Shown: positions 1 to 9,799, numbered from the stretch's first letter. The stretch: DNA of 64,000 nucleotides from Candidatus Yanofskybacteria bacterium (GCA_016185545.1 JACPNJ010000005.1:79013-143012), one strand, 5' to 3'. Numbers and translations are program-made. The notes: generated by a model not told the origin, from the sequence alone.

Positions 1-59
1 ACAATAAGGATGCGGCACGTGGACAAATATGTATTTTTCCAGATGATTTAAGACTTTCA

Positions 60-319
60 TTGGCTTAATTGAATTTTTCTTACACTCGACCACTTCCTCA
101 ACAGCTTGGGCACAATGGAGGTTATTTTAAACCGTGCCCATAAGCATTTGCCTTCACCACAGCCATTAGTGTTGTCCCTGATGCCGAAACCCCGCGCAAA
201 ACCCTGACATTATTTTTCAACGCTTCCCTTGATATTTCCACCCAAGTATTGTTATACTGTGAATGCGCGGTTGGACACTTGAAAAAGGGAGGAAAAATGA
301 ACAAAATATGGCATTCCAA
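60..319 (-). pseudogene. alr: alanine racemase N-terminal remnant (disrupted)
   Basis: ORF 122..319 encodes ..NTWVEISREALKNNVRVLRGVSASGTTLMAVVKANAYGHGLK, the PLP-lysine motif region of alanine racemase. The frame stops right after GHGLK and continues only about 17 aa in another frame before a further stop. Confidence 0.45.
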
Positions 320-467
320 AGTATTTGAACGTGATGGGCAAGAAAGACTAACACTCTTTCTTAATCAACATGGATTGAAGCCAGACGAAGTGCAAATTGC
401 TGCGAAAAGCTTTGGTATTACAAGCATATACGTGGTCTTCTATTTTTCTGTTCATGAACTAGATTAA
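297..467 (+). CDS. small hypothetical protein (start at MNKIW with RBS aaagggagg)
   Basis: ORF 249..467; GGAGG 8 nt upstream of ATG at 297; no recognisable domain. Confidence 0.25.
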   Translation: MNKIWHSKVFERDGQERLTLFLNQHGLKPDEVQIAAKSFGITSIYVVFYFSVHELD

Positions 468-513
468 TAATGTAGCAAGAGAATTGGCAAAAGGTTGTCC
501 TTTGAGACAGACC

Positions 514-540
514 TAGCACAAGCTAGGTTTTTTTATTTAA
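514..540 (+). terminator. rho-independent terminator-like hairpin (cctagcacaagctagg + T-run)
   Basis: Stem cctagc/gctagg followed by ttttttt. Confidence 0.4.
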
Positions 541-627
541 AAACATTGGGGCGTGAAGCTCTCTCAAAAATTAGACAAGCAGAAACGCAGTGTCTTCATC
601 GTCCCAAGGAAGATGCTGCGACGAAGC

Positions 628-1893
628 CTAATTTTTAAGAGAGCGAGCAGAGATTTCTTTGACCCCTCCCATCCACTTCCTCAACACCTTAGGCACGACA
701 ACCGTGCCTTTTTTTGTTTGATAATTTTCAACGATATTGGCAAGTATGCGCGGAGTGGCAAGGGCAGTGTTGTTGAGTGAATGGGCAAAGTGCATTTTTC
801 CACTAGTATCGCGATATCTGATATTCAATCGGCGAGTCTGGAAGTCATGAAAATAAGAGGCCGAGTGAGTCTCGCGATAGCGCTCCTGCGACGGCATCCA
901 GGTTTCAATGTCATATTTTTTGACCTGCCCCAAGCCGAGATCACCGGCACAATTTACTACTACGCGATACGGCAATTTTAACGCTTGGACTATCTCTTCA
1001 GAATTGCGTGTTATTTCCTCATGCCATTTGACCGATTCTTCGTGGTCTGCTTTGCAAAGTATCACCTGCTCTAGTTTATAAAACTCATGCACACGCATAA
1101 TCCCCTTAGTATCTTTACCGTAGGAACCAGCTTCGGAACGGTAGCATGGCGAGAAAGCAATATATTTTTTGGGCAGGTCTTTTTCCTGCAAAATCTCATC
1201 GGCATGATAACCCATTACTGAGATTTCCGACGTACCGACTAAAAATTCATCATCCCCTATTTTATACATTTCGTCACGGCCTTGCGGCAACCAGCCGGTA
1301 CCGACAAAATTAGACTCGCGGGCAATGGTGGGGGCAATCAAGGGTTTATAACCCTTTTTGACGAATTTTTCTAAAACAAAATTCCACAAGGCATGGCTTA
1401 GTAAGACAGCTCCGTTCTTTAGAAAATAACCGCGAAAACCGGAAACTTTAGCTCCGCGTTCAAGGTCAAGCATATCAAGGGTTTCCATCAACGCAATATT
1501 GTCTTTGACGGGAAAATTAAATTTGGGAATCTTGCCCCATTTTCTTATCTCAACATTATCAGTATCGGTTTTGCCCTCAGGCACAGACGAGTCTGGCACT
1601 TGCGGCACCCACAGCATCAGTTCATTAAATTCTTGCTCCACGCGCCCCATTTCTTCCTCAAGCACTTTAATTTCCTCTTTTAGTTTTTTAAGTTCCTCCA
1701 ATTCGGCGGGCGCCTTCGGTCCTCCACGCGAACCGGCATTTTGTTTAGCTCTCGTGTTCTCAAGTTCCTGCAACACATGCCTTCGCCGCTCATCTACCGC
1801 CAGTAATTGGTCCACATCAAACTTAACTCCCTTCTTGCGAGCCGCCTCTTTGATTAAATTCGGATTTTCGCGAATGAATTTTATATCAAGCAT
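628..1893 (-). CDS. serS: seryl-tRNA synthetase
   Basis: 421 aa; MLDIKFIRENP...coiled-coil N-arm; class II aaRS core (GYHADEI, FSPCYRSEAGS). Confidence 0.9.
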   Translation of the reverse strand: MLDIKFIRENPNLIKEAARKKGVKFDVDQLLAVDERRRHVLQELENTRAKQNAGSRGGPKAPAELEELKKLKEEIKVLEEEMGRVEQEFNELMLWVPQVPDSSVPEGKTDTDNVEIRKWGKIPKFNFPVKDNIALMETLDMLDLERGAKVSGFRGYFLKNGAVLLSHALWNFVLEKFVKKGYKPLIAPTIARESNFVGTGWLPQGRDEMYKIGDDEFLVGTSEISVMGYHADEILQEKDLPKKYIAFSPCYRSEAGSYGKDTKGIMRVHEFYKLEQVILCKADHEESVKWHEEITRNSEEIVQALKLPYRVVVNCAGDLGLGQVKKYDIETWMPSQERYRETHSASYFHDFQTRRLNIRYRDTSGKMHFAHSLNNTALATPRILANIVENYQTKKGTVVVPKVLRKWMGGVKEISARSLKN

Positions 1894-2080
1894 GTTGCTA
1901 CTAAATTACGAAAATGATGCGAAGCGTTAAGCGAGGATTAGCGTACCCTTTGGGGCCGCTGGGGTTGCCGCCAGCATGGTTTTGTCAATGATTGAGCGAT
2001 AGCGAATATCTTGACAAATGGCGGCAATCACAACGGATGAAAAAATCTCGCTGGGATTTTTGAAGTCCCCAAGGGGTATG

Positions 2081-3571
2081 CTAATCCGAGCGTGGTTTCA
2101 TGAGTGGAAACAAAATAACCTCCCTGACCGAATGCGAATCAGTGAGTAATACCACCAGCCGGTCTATGCCAATGCCGACACCGGCGGCTGGCGGCATACC
2201 GTATTCAAGAGCTTCTATATAATCTTCGTCCAGCCGCTGGGCTTCTTCATTTCCTTTTTTAGCAACTTTTTCCTGCGCCTCAAAACGCTGACGCTGATCA
2301 GTAGGGTCGTTAAGTTCCGAAAAAGCATTTACTACTTCCATGCCGCCAACAACAAGCTGGAAGCGTGCCACATGATTGGGGTCATCATCCAGTTTTTTGG
2401 CAAGTGGCGAAATTTCAAGCGGGTGGTTAATTACAAAAGTCGGCTGTATGATATTGGGTCTGGCAACTTTTTTATATATCTCGTCGCCGAGATTGCCTTT
2501 GTTCATGCTTTTTTCAATTTTAATATCCAGCTCCTTGGCTTTTTCTTTCAAATCATTCTCGTCCGATTTGTCATAATCAAGCCCGGAATATTTTTTAAAC
2601 AAGTCGTTAAATGTAACTCTCGGGTATGGCCCGACAAAATGAATTTCTTTGCCTTGGTGCTCAATTTTGGCAGTCCCAAACTTCTTTTCCACTATATGTT
2701 TTAACATTGACTCCACAAATTCCATGGCTTTCTCATAATCCCAATAGGCCGCGTAAAATTCCAGCATCGTGAACTCCGGGTTATGTTCCCTATCCATGCC
2801 CTCATTACGGAAATTGCGCCCGATTTCAAAGACTTTCTCAAATCCCCCGACTAATAGCCGCTTAAGATAAAGCTCCGGCGCTATGCGTAAATAAAGCGGG
2901 AGGTCAAGCGTGTTGAGATGCGTTTTAAACGGCTTGGCATTGGCGCCACCATATAATGTTTGTAAAATCGGCGTCTCCACTTCAAGAAAATCGTTGCTTA
3001 TCAAGTATTGGCGCAAATGTTCAATTATATTGCTTCTCGCTTCAAACTTGGTCTTAACTTCCTGGTTAAAAATCAAATCCAAATAACGCTTGCGGTAACG
3101 TTCCTCAACGTCTTGCAAACCGTGCCATTTTTCCGGCAATGGCAATAATGATTTAGTGAGTAGTGAGTAGTGAGTAGTGAGTAGAGTTCTTTCGTCTTGT
3201 TTGGTTTTAAAAAGCGTGCCGCCGACTTCAATAAAATCCCCGATGTCAACGGTTTTTATAAAAAACTCGTATTCCTTGCCACCCAACACATCTTTTTTGA
3301 AAAATAGCTGGATTTGAACTGGAACACTCGTGGTGAGCGAAATCGAACCATCTTGCAAATCAAAAAATGCCAAGCCACCATGTTCGCGTTTTGCCATTAC
3401 CCGTCCGGCTAATATAATTTCCATCTCTTTGGCCGCCAGATTATCAAAATCGGCCAGTGCTTCGGCAATCTTATGGGTACGCGAAGACCGCGCCGGATAC
3501 GCATCTATGCCGGCTTTTTGGAGTTTTTCTAATTTTTCCAGCCGTGCTTGGCGAAGATCGTTTAAAGCCAT
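2081..3571 (-). CDS. lysS: lysyl-tRNA synthetase, class II
   Basis: 496 aa; OB-fold anticodon-binding N-domain plus class II core (FRNEGMDREHNPEFTMLEFY, GGMEVVNAFSELNDP). Carries an internal heptamer array. Confidence 0.9.
   Translation of the reverse strand: MALNDLRQARLEKLEKLQKAGIDAYPARSSRTHKIAEALADFDNLAAKEMEIILAGRVMAKREHGGLAFFDLQDGSISLTTSVPVQIQLFFKKDVLGGKEYEFFIKTVDIGDFIEVGGTLFKTKQDERTLLTTHYSLLTKSLLPLPEKWHGLQDVEERYRKRYLDLIFNQEVKTKFEARSNIIEHLRQYLISNDFLEVETPILQTLYGGANAKPFKTHLNTLDLPLYLRIAPELYLKRLLVGGFEKVFEIGRNFRNEGMDREHNPEFTMLEFYAAYWDYEKAMEFVESMLKHIVEKKFGTAKIEHQGKEIHFVGPYPRVTFNDLFKKYSGLDYDKSDENDLKEKAKELDIKIEKSMNKGNLGDEIYKKVARPNIIQPTFVINHPLEISPLAKKLDDDPNHVARFQLVVGGMEVVNAFSELNDPTDQRQRFEAQEKVAKKGNEEAQRLDEDYIEALEYGMPPAAGVGIGIDRLVVLLTDSHSVREVILFPLMKPRSD
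3154..3184. repeat. (TAGTGAG)x4 heptamer tandem array inside lysS, in frame overall (encodes LLTTHYSLLT)
   Basis: Direct reading of gtgagtagtgagtagtgagtagtgagtag; the protein shows an extra LLTTHYSLLTK before the conserved KSLLPLPEKWHG. Confidence 0.9.
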
Positions 3572-3675
3572 ACCCCGTAGTAGAAATTCGAGTATTAATA
3601 ATTAACTGCTCCGCAGTGTCTCGAATTTTCACTACGGGGCATATCTAAAAGTATATCAAATTAAATAAAATTAAA

Positions 3676-3693
3676 AAGCCCTTGCGGGGCTCA
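3676..3693 (-). terminator. hairpin agccccgcaagggct + T-run downstream of the CYTH gene
   Basis: Minus strand reads gagccccgcaagggcttttt. Confidence 0.4.
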
Positions 3694-3694
3694 T

Positions 3695-4246
3695 TTACGC
3701 CGGATTCGGTCTGCCGTGAACAGCAAGATTTTTGCCGTTGTATCTTGGGTCATTGGTGACCTCTTTGACTATCAATGGCTTGAGCCAAAGAGGAAAATCT
3801 TGTTCGCTGAATTGTTTTGCAATTTCCTCGCTTTTAAACTCTATTTCAGCGAGCACTAATCCTTTAAGATCGCCCGGCCCTTTTAGCCGTTTTATTTCTA
3901 ATTCCTTGCCAATTTGTAATAGAATCTTCCAGTATTCTTCAAGAATGTGAGATGAATTAAAAAGTTCAAAATAATAATTAAAGAACGTTTCGTTAATTAA
4001 TAGTTTTGGTGTCTCTTGCCTTGTTAAACCTCGGCCTATCTTCATTACAGCTGTAAATTTAATACGTTCCAAGAGATCTTGCCGTCTCCTAATACGAACT
4101 TCCAGTTCAGGATCAGCCAAAATGTAAACGGTTGATATATCGGCCCAATCATCATACGATATCTTTAAAGTAGTAAAATCCGGCAAACTGCTTAAAAGCC
4201 ATCTTCTTTCTATCTCTAAATACTTGCTCTGTTTAGATTTAGACAA
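3695..4246 (-). CDS. CYTH-domain (triphosphate tunnel metalloenzyme-like) protein
   Basis: 183 aa; N-terminal EIERRWLL resembles the CYTH EIERKFL signature; charged beta-barrel-like pattern. Confidence 0.5.
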   Translation of the reverse strand: MSKSKQSKYLEIERRWLLSSLPDFTTLKISYDDWADISTVYILADPELEVRIRRRQDLLERIKFTAVMKIGRGLTRQETPKLLINETFFNYYFELFNSSHILEEYWKILLQIGKELEIKRLKGPGDLKGLVLAEIEFKSEEIAKQFSEQDFPLWLKPLIVKEVTNDPRYNGKNLAVHGRPNPA

Positions 4247-4319
4247 TGTTTTTCCTCCCCGATTATTAAAAAACTACCCACATATTGCGGCTGATAATTT
4301 TTACGGTTAATCCAATCAG

Positions 4320-4781
4320 CTAACTAACCTCAAGAATTTTATACCTGACCGCGCCGCCGGGTGTTTTGACTTCCACTTCTTCGTTTTTTTTGCGCTCTAA
4401 AAACGCAGTACCCAGCGGTGACTCATTGGAAATAAAGCCGTGGGCGGGATTGGATTCCGCCGCGCCAACAATTGTGAATTTCTGTTCGCCATGTCGGTCA
4501 GATTTTACCTTGACGGTTGAGCCAACCACGACAGTTTCTAATTTTTGATGCGGCCCTATCAGCACGGCACTTTTAATCATCTCCTCAAGCTCAACTACGC
4601 GACCCTCATTAAAGCTTTGCATTTCTTTGGCCTCAATGTACTCCGCATTTTCTGAAAGATCACCTAATTCTTTGGCAGCCAAAATTTTCCGAGTTACTTC
4701 GGCCCTAACTTCTCCTCTGCGCTCTTCCAGCTCTTTCTTTAATTTTTCCAGCCCTTCAGGACTGAAATATTGCTGTGTCAT
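4320..4781 (-). CDS. greA: transcription elongation factor GreA
   Basis: MTQQYFSPEGLEKLKKELEERR... coiled-coil plus FKBP-like C-domain; probable start at the second Met of the ORF. Confidence 0.85.
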   Translation of the reverse strand: MTQQYFSPEGLEKLKKELEERRGEVRAEVTRKILAAKELGDLSENAEYIEAKEMQSFNEGRVVELEEMIKSAVLIGPHQKLETVVVGSTVKVKSDRHGEQKFTIVGAAESNPAHGFISNESPLGTAFLERKKNEEVEVKTPGGAVRYKILEVS

Positions 4782-4860
4782 TTTATTAAACAACCCCTGG
4801 CATTCCATGACTAGGATCGGCTAGCGTAATTTTTGATTATAACACAAATGAAATCACGTA

Positions 4861-6816
4861 TTATTCAGTCTGTGGATAACGAGAATGGTTAAAGTACCAC
4901 AATAGAAAATCATTTGCAACTCTTATGGCCAACCCCTGGCTTTGGTTGATATTTTCAACTAACACCGTTATTACGATTTCCGGGTCGTCATATGGCCCGA
5001 ATACCGTAAACAATGAGTTTAGTCCGCGACCGGAAACTTGTGCCGTGCCGGTTTTAGCCGCCAAAGCAACCGGCACATCCTGAAGCAATGTTGCCGTACC
5101 CGATAAAACAGCCTGCCGCATTCCCTGCCGTACAACATTTAAAACATCTTGCTCAAAGGGCATTTGACCTAAAACTTGGCTATTAAAACCTGCAATTACG
5201 CTACCATCCTGGTTTTTGATTTCTCTTACAATGCGGGGTTTCATTAAATTACCGCCGTTAGCAATGGCCCCAATATATGTATTTATCCAAATGGGTGTTA
5301 CAACTAAATCGCCTTGCCCAATAGAAATGTTATAAGTATCGCCGACATACCACGGCTCACCTTTGGTTTCTCTCTTCCACTCTTTAGATGGCACTAAACC
5401 AACTGTTTCGCCTGGTAAATCAATACCGGTAATCTTATCGGCTCCTGCGCTCTTGAGATATGCCGCAATCCTATCAATTCCAAGGCCCTCTTTAATACTA
5501 CCATGACCACCGCCCAACGAATAAAAGTAAACATCCACTGAATCGGCGATTGCCTTCTTAATATCCGACCAGCCATGCACCTTCCAATCACGAAAAGTAT
5601 AATAGACATTCGGATCAACTTCACTTTGCACGTTTATGCTGCCCCCAGCATATAATATCGTTGAAGGCGTAACTACCCTCTCTTTTAATCCAGCTAAAGC
5701 CAGAAATGGTTTAATTGTAGAGCCAGGGCTATAGCGACCGGACACTGCCCTGTTTAAAAGCGGCTTATTAGAATCATTTAAAATTCGTGATATTCTAGAA
5801 ATATTGTCGGATAAATACGCACTCTCAAAAATATTATTATCAAAAGTCGGCATGCTTACCAGTCCAAGAACGATACCGGTTTTTGGGTTCTGGATCACGG
5901 CAGTGCCACGCCCTATCCCGCCTGACGTAAAAACAGAGCTTATAGATTTGTACAACTGATTTTGTATGGAAGAATCTATATTTAAAAACAGATTATTACC
6001 TGCTTCTGCGTTCTCTAGACCTTTTTTATCAAAAATTGTACTGTCATTATTTAAAAAATCAAAACTTCTATGTTCACCCCGCAAAAATCTCTCATACTGA
6101 GCTTCTAGGCCTAGCCTTCCGACACGATCATTAATCATGAAATAACCGTCGTTTTTAAGTTCATCCGGTGTTACTTTGGCGGTATATCCCAAAATATGGG
6201 CCGCAGCCGGTCCGTCAGGATAAAATCGTTTAACATTGGCCACAGTAAACAATCCGGGCAAAGACATAGTTTCTATTTTTACCATTTCGTCTTTGGTAAG
6301 ATTGTTTTTAACAAGAAAAACCGCTTGATCCTGATTGTCATTGAAAATTTTTGTCAGATATTGGCTATTTTGATTGATTATCGGCGAAAGTCGGCTAATC
6401 ATATCCGTCAATTTGTCATCGGATTCAGGTAAAAACGTATGAACCGCCATTAAATCAAAAACTGGTAAATTCTCAGCCAATAGCTTGCCTCGTGAATCGT
6501 ATATTAAGCCGCGTAGGGGCGATAACTGATAGCGCAAAGAATTACTTTGCTCGGCTAAAATGGTAAAACGTTTACCGTTTACAATTTGCAATTGAAACGA
6601 CTCGAAAATAAAAAAAACAAAAACTACAGCCGCTACAACATAAAAAACATTAAAAACACTGCGGCTGATGGGTGTTTCCATTGTGGGATGAATACTCAAA
6701 GCATCAGCCAGAGTTTCTTCCGGTTTTAATTCATCCTGCTCAAAACGGGTTATTTTGTATTTGTCTAAGTTCATTTTGCTCGTATTATAATGAAGTCCCC
6801 ACGGAATTACGCCCAT
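4861..6816 (-). CDS. mrdA: penicillin-binding protein 2 (class B transpeptidase)
   Basis: 651 aa; N-terminal TM segment; SXXK (GSTIKP) and KTG(T) motifs; sits directly downstream of mreBCD. Confidence 0.85.
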   Translation of the reverse strand: MGVIPWGLHYNTSKMNLDKYKITRFEQDELKPEETLADALSIHPTMETPISRSVFNVFYVVAAVVFVFFIFESFQLQIVNGKRFTILAEQSNSLRYQLSPLRGLIYDSRGKLLAENLPVFDLMAVHTFLPESDDKLTDMISRLSPIINQNSQYLTKIFNDNQDQAVFLVKNNLTKDEMVKIETMSLPGLFTVANVKRFYPDGPAAAHILGYTAKVTPDELKNDGYFMINDRVGRLGLEAQYERFLRGEHRSFDFLNNDSTIFDKKGLENAEAGNNLFLNIDSSIQNQLYKSISSVFTSGGIGRGTAVIQNPKTGIVLGLVSMPTFDNNIFESAYLSDNISRISRILNDSNKPLLNRAVSGRYSPGSTIKPFLALAGLKERVVTPSTILYAGGSINVQSEVDPNVYYTFRDWKVHGWSDIKKAIADSVDVYFYSLGGGHGSIKEGLGIDRIAAYLKSAGADKITGIDLPGETVGLVPSKEWKRETKGEPWYVGDTYNISIGQGDLVVTPIWINTYIGAIANGGNLMKPRIVREIKNQDGSVIAGFNSQVLGQMPFEQDVLNVVRQGMRQAVLSGTATLLQDVPVALAAKTGTAQVSGRGLNSLFTVFGPYDDPEIVITVLVENINQSQGLAIRVANDFLLWYFNHSRYPQTE

Positions 6817-7255
6817 TACTGCGTATTAAAAAAAGGGTGGCGAAAATTACAATCGTCTCCAAAATTATAATTAATACCTGCGACAACAATATGCTCGACT
6901 CCGATCTTATGGATAGTATTATAAAATAGGTAAAAATAAAAATAATGGCATAAATTTCAAGAAAAAAAAGAAAACGTGGATTGACATTAAAACGTGTTTT
7001 GAAGAGGACAATAGCAAGCGTGACGGCCAAAATAGCAAAAGTCATAAAGCCAAAGCGGTAGCCGGAAAAAAAGTCAAAGATTAAAGCAGCAGCTGCGATA
7101 TGCAGCAAATCGTGGGCATCACTCTTACTGGTCAGCATGAAAAAAATAACAAAAACAGGAAAAATAAAAAGCGGCCAAGAAGTCAGGGTGGGTAAAACCC
7201 GCTCCAGTAGAAAAATCACGGCCGATCCTATTATGAAAAATTGTGTTCTGGACAT
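6785..7255 (-). CDS. mreD: rod shape-determining protein MreD (polytopic membrane protein)
   Basis: 156 aa, very hydrophobic, positioned between mreC and mrdA. Confidence 0.55.
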   Translation of the reverse strand: MSRTQFFIIGSAVIFLLERVLPTLTSWPLFIFPVFVIFFMLTSKSDAHDLLHIAAAALIFDFFSGYRFGFMTFAILAVTLAIVLFKTRFNVNPRFLFFLEIYAIIFIFTYFIILSIRSESSILLSQVLIIILETIVIFATLFLIRSNGRNSVGTSL

Positions 7256-7449
7256 GTTTATATGAGTCGTGGTATAATTTTCGTATGGTTATTTAATAAT
7301 TAAAATCGAGGGTAAAAATGAACGACACTGCTACTTTCACGAACCTAAACTTGCGGGGCTTTTCTATTTTTATAAACAGGCTGGGGCAAGTGGTTACCAA
7401 TTTTTATCTGTTGGCTTGAGCAGTAACAAATAAATGTTGATTTTTGAAG

Positions 7450-7592
7450 TTTTTCGCTGATAAAGAAAATTGGGACGGAGCGGAGCCCCGAGCGTAGCGA
7501 GGGGCGTAGCGTAAGGGGTACGATTTTTTTATCTAGAAAAACGAGAAAATCAACATATTATTTGTACTGCGAGGACACCTGATAAAAATTGG
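7450..7592. repeat. left copy of a perfect 143-bp inverted repeat flanking mreC-mreB
   Basis: Exact reverse complement of 9583..9725 by direct comparison; contains the GC hairpin region ggagcggagccccgagcgtagcgaggggcg. Confidence 0.9.
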
Positions 7593-7604
7593 AAACCACT
7601 TGCC

Positions 7605-8438
7605 TCATTTTAATATCACAAACAAACTGGAACCGAGGGAGGGGTCGAAGATGGGTTTAGCGGAAACGTTTTTGAAAAGGGTACTGGATGAGGATTCAAC
7701 CTTGATGATTTTGGCAACGAGCAGGGCCTCCGGCAAACCGTCAAGACCACTGGTAACAATTGTTTCGCCCTCTCTAATTTCATCGCTATTAGCCACAAGG
7801 TTAAGCACCAGATTATTTTGTAATTCGCCTTTTGTTTCAACCAGTGTTCGCGATTCCTGGACTTGTCCAGCATCAGTTTGGGACGGCTCAAACTGATGCT
7901 GGACAAGTCCGCTAATTTTAATACGTGGATCATCAATGAGCAAAATCAAAGCCGAATCATCAAAAACCTGCTCCGTGATGCCAACCAAAATATTGCCTGT
8001 CGCTATAACTGGCATCTTTTTTTCAATGCCGTTCTTTACGCCTTTGTTAATTAATGCCGTTGAGGACAAAGCGCTTCTTTGTATATTAAAAATCCGCGCC
8101 AATAATAACGGCGAATCCAGCCGTTTCGCTACCCCTAGTTCTTCTCTCAAAAAATTATTTTCGCGTTTTAAACTTTCAAGTTCCGCTAATTGCCCGCGTA
8201 AAATATTATTCTCCTTATAAAATCTGGCATTATCATCAATAATCATTTTGGTTTTTAAATATCCGGAAGAATACCTTGAAAAATTTAGCAGATTGTCCGT
8301 CAAAAAAATACCAGGTTTTTCTGTAATTTTATAGACAAAATTCTGCAGAAAATTATCCGTTAAATAATTATTAAAAAAAACAACCCCAGCGACAATTAAA
8401 ATGACGGCCAGATAGTTTTTATAAAAATTACGAGTCAC
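7605..8438 (-). CDS. mreC: rod shape-determining protein MreC
   Basis: 277 aa; N-terminal TM segment, coiled coil (LRGQLAELESLKRENNFLREEL), C-terminal beta domain; downstream of mreB. Confidence 0.75.
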   Translation of the reverse strand: MTRNFYKNYLAVILIVAGVVFFNNYLTDNFLQNFVYKITEKPGIFLTDNLLNFSRYSSGYLKTKMIIDDNARFYKENNILRGQLAELESLKRENNFLREELGVAKRLDSPLLLARIFNIQRSALSSTALINKGVKNGIEKKMPVIATGNILVGITEQVFDDSALILLIDDPRIKISGLVQHQFEPSQTDAGQVQESRTLVETKGELQNNLVLNLVANSDEIREGETIVTSGLDGLPEALLVAKIIKVESSSSTLFKNVSAKPIFDPSLGSSLFVILK

Positions 8439-8473
8439 AATTAGAGATTAGTGATTAGCAGTTGGCAATTTCG

Positions 8474-9523
8474 TCAGATATAGGCTTCTTTGGCCGTCCA
8501 TGCCAAAACATCTTTGAGTGAATCAAGATGTTCCAGAACCATGCCACAACCGCGCACAACTGCCGTCATTGGATCATCTACAATTTTTACCGGGAGTTTG
8601 GATTCGTGGCTGATTAACTCATCAAATCCGCGCAGTAAACTGCCGCCGCCGGCAAGAAAAATGCTACGATTCAGTAAATCAGCAATAAGTTCGGGCGGTG
8701 TCTCCTCAATTGTGCTTTTTATGGCTAAAACGATGCTTCTTATAGAACGATGCATTGCTTTACGCACTTCTTCCGAAGTTATAGTCAACTCCTTAGGCAA
8801 TCCCGTAAGAAGATCGCGGCCACGTACCTGAATTGTCAATTCTTCTTCAAGCGGATAGGCGGAACCGATTGCTAATTTGATATTTTCCGCAGTAGCATCG
8901 CCAATGAGTATATTATGCTCCTCTCTCATAAATTGGCTGATATCGCTGGTTAATTTATCACCGGCAATTCTTAAAGAACGTGAAGCAACAACGCCACCCA
9001 TAGAGATAACCGCAACATCAGTCGTACCCCCGCCGATATCAACAATCAGATTAGCCGCGGCATCCTGAACAGGTAATCTGGCGCCTATCGCCGCCGCCAT
9101 TGGTTCTTCAATTAGAAAAACCTTGCGCGCTCCGGCATTATAAGCTGCATCCTCCACCGCTCTTTTTTCCACTTCGGTAACACTTGCTGGCACGCCTATT
9201 ACCACGCGCGGACGCGGCATCAAAGAAAATGACTTTTCCTGTGCTCTGTCTATAAAGTATTTGAGCATCTGTTCTGTTACTTCAAAATCGGAAACTACAC
9301 CGGCTATCAGCGGTTTTGAAACCATTATGTAGCCGGGTGTGCGGCCAACCATTTTGCGGGCATCTTGGCCAATGGCAAGAATTTGTCCGGTTTTTTGATT
9401 TATCGCGACAATTGACGGCTCATTTATGATAATCCCCTTGCCGCGAATATAAACCAGGGTATTGGCAGTACCCAAATCAATGCCGATATCCTTTGACCAA
9501 AAATTAAAAAATCGTTTTAACAT
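8474..9523 (-). CDS. mreB: rod shape-determining protein MreB (actin homolog)
   Basis: 349 aa; MLKRFFNFWSKDIGIDLGTANTLVY...DIGGGTTD; actin/Hsp70 fold motifs. Confidence 0.92.
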   Translation of the reverse strand: MLKRFFNFWSKDIGIDLGTANTLVYIRGKGIIINEPSIVAINQKTGQILAIGQDARKMVGRTPGYIMVSKPLIAGVVSDFEVTEQMLKYFIDRAQEKSFSLMPRPRVVIGVPASVTEVEKRAVEDAAYNAGARKVFLIEEPMAAAIGARLPVQDAAANLIVDIGGGTTDVAVISMGGVVASRSLRIAGDKLTSDISQFMREEHNILIGDATAENIKLAIGSAYPLEEELTIQVRGRDLLTGLPKELTITSEEVRKAMHRSIRSIVLAIKSTIEETPPELIADLLNRSIFLAGGGSLLRGFDELISHESKLPVKIVDDPMTAVVRGCGMVLEHLDSLKDVLAWTAKEAYI

Positions 9524-9582
9524 GGCAACAGTTTAACATAACAAAATTATTATTAATAATCAAAAATTACAGCTCGCCATTA

Positions 9583-9725
9583 CCAATTTTTATCAGGTGT
9601 CCTCGCAGTACAAATAATATGTTGATTTTCTCGTTTTTCTAGATAAAAAAATCGTACCCCTTACGCTACGCCCCTCGCTACGCTCGGGGCTCCGCTCCGT
9701 CCCAATTTTCTTTATCAGCGAAAAA
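9583..9725. repeat. right copy of the 143-bp inverted repeat
   Basis: Exact reverse complement of 7450..7592. Confidence 0.9.
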
Positions 9726-9799
9726 GCCAATTGATAAAAATTGATAATGGCTCACTCTCATATTTTTACGGGAATATGAAGTCCCAAAAGACACTATGG

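Noticed and set aside
1499-1930. Antisense ORFs inside conserved genes (e.g. 1499..1930 +, 2372..2704 +, 17398..17769 +, 45274..45921 -, 26770..27380 +)
   Set aside because: These are shadow ORFs opposite highly conserved genes (serS, lysS, polX, flotillin, lon). Their composition is Ser/Leu-rich and they lack RBS signals.
3154-3184. Intragenic heptamer arrays as assembly artefacts
   Set aside because: They occur in many independent loci, each keeps its ORF open, and each yields a plausible peptide insertion. This cannot be fully excluded without read data.
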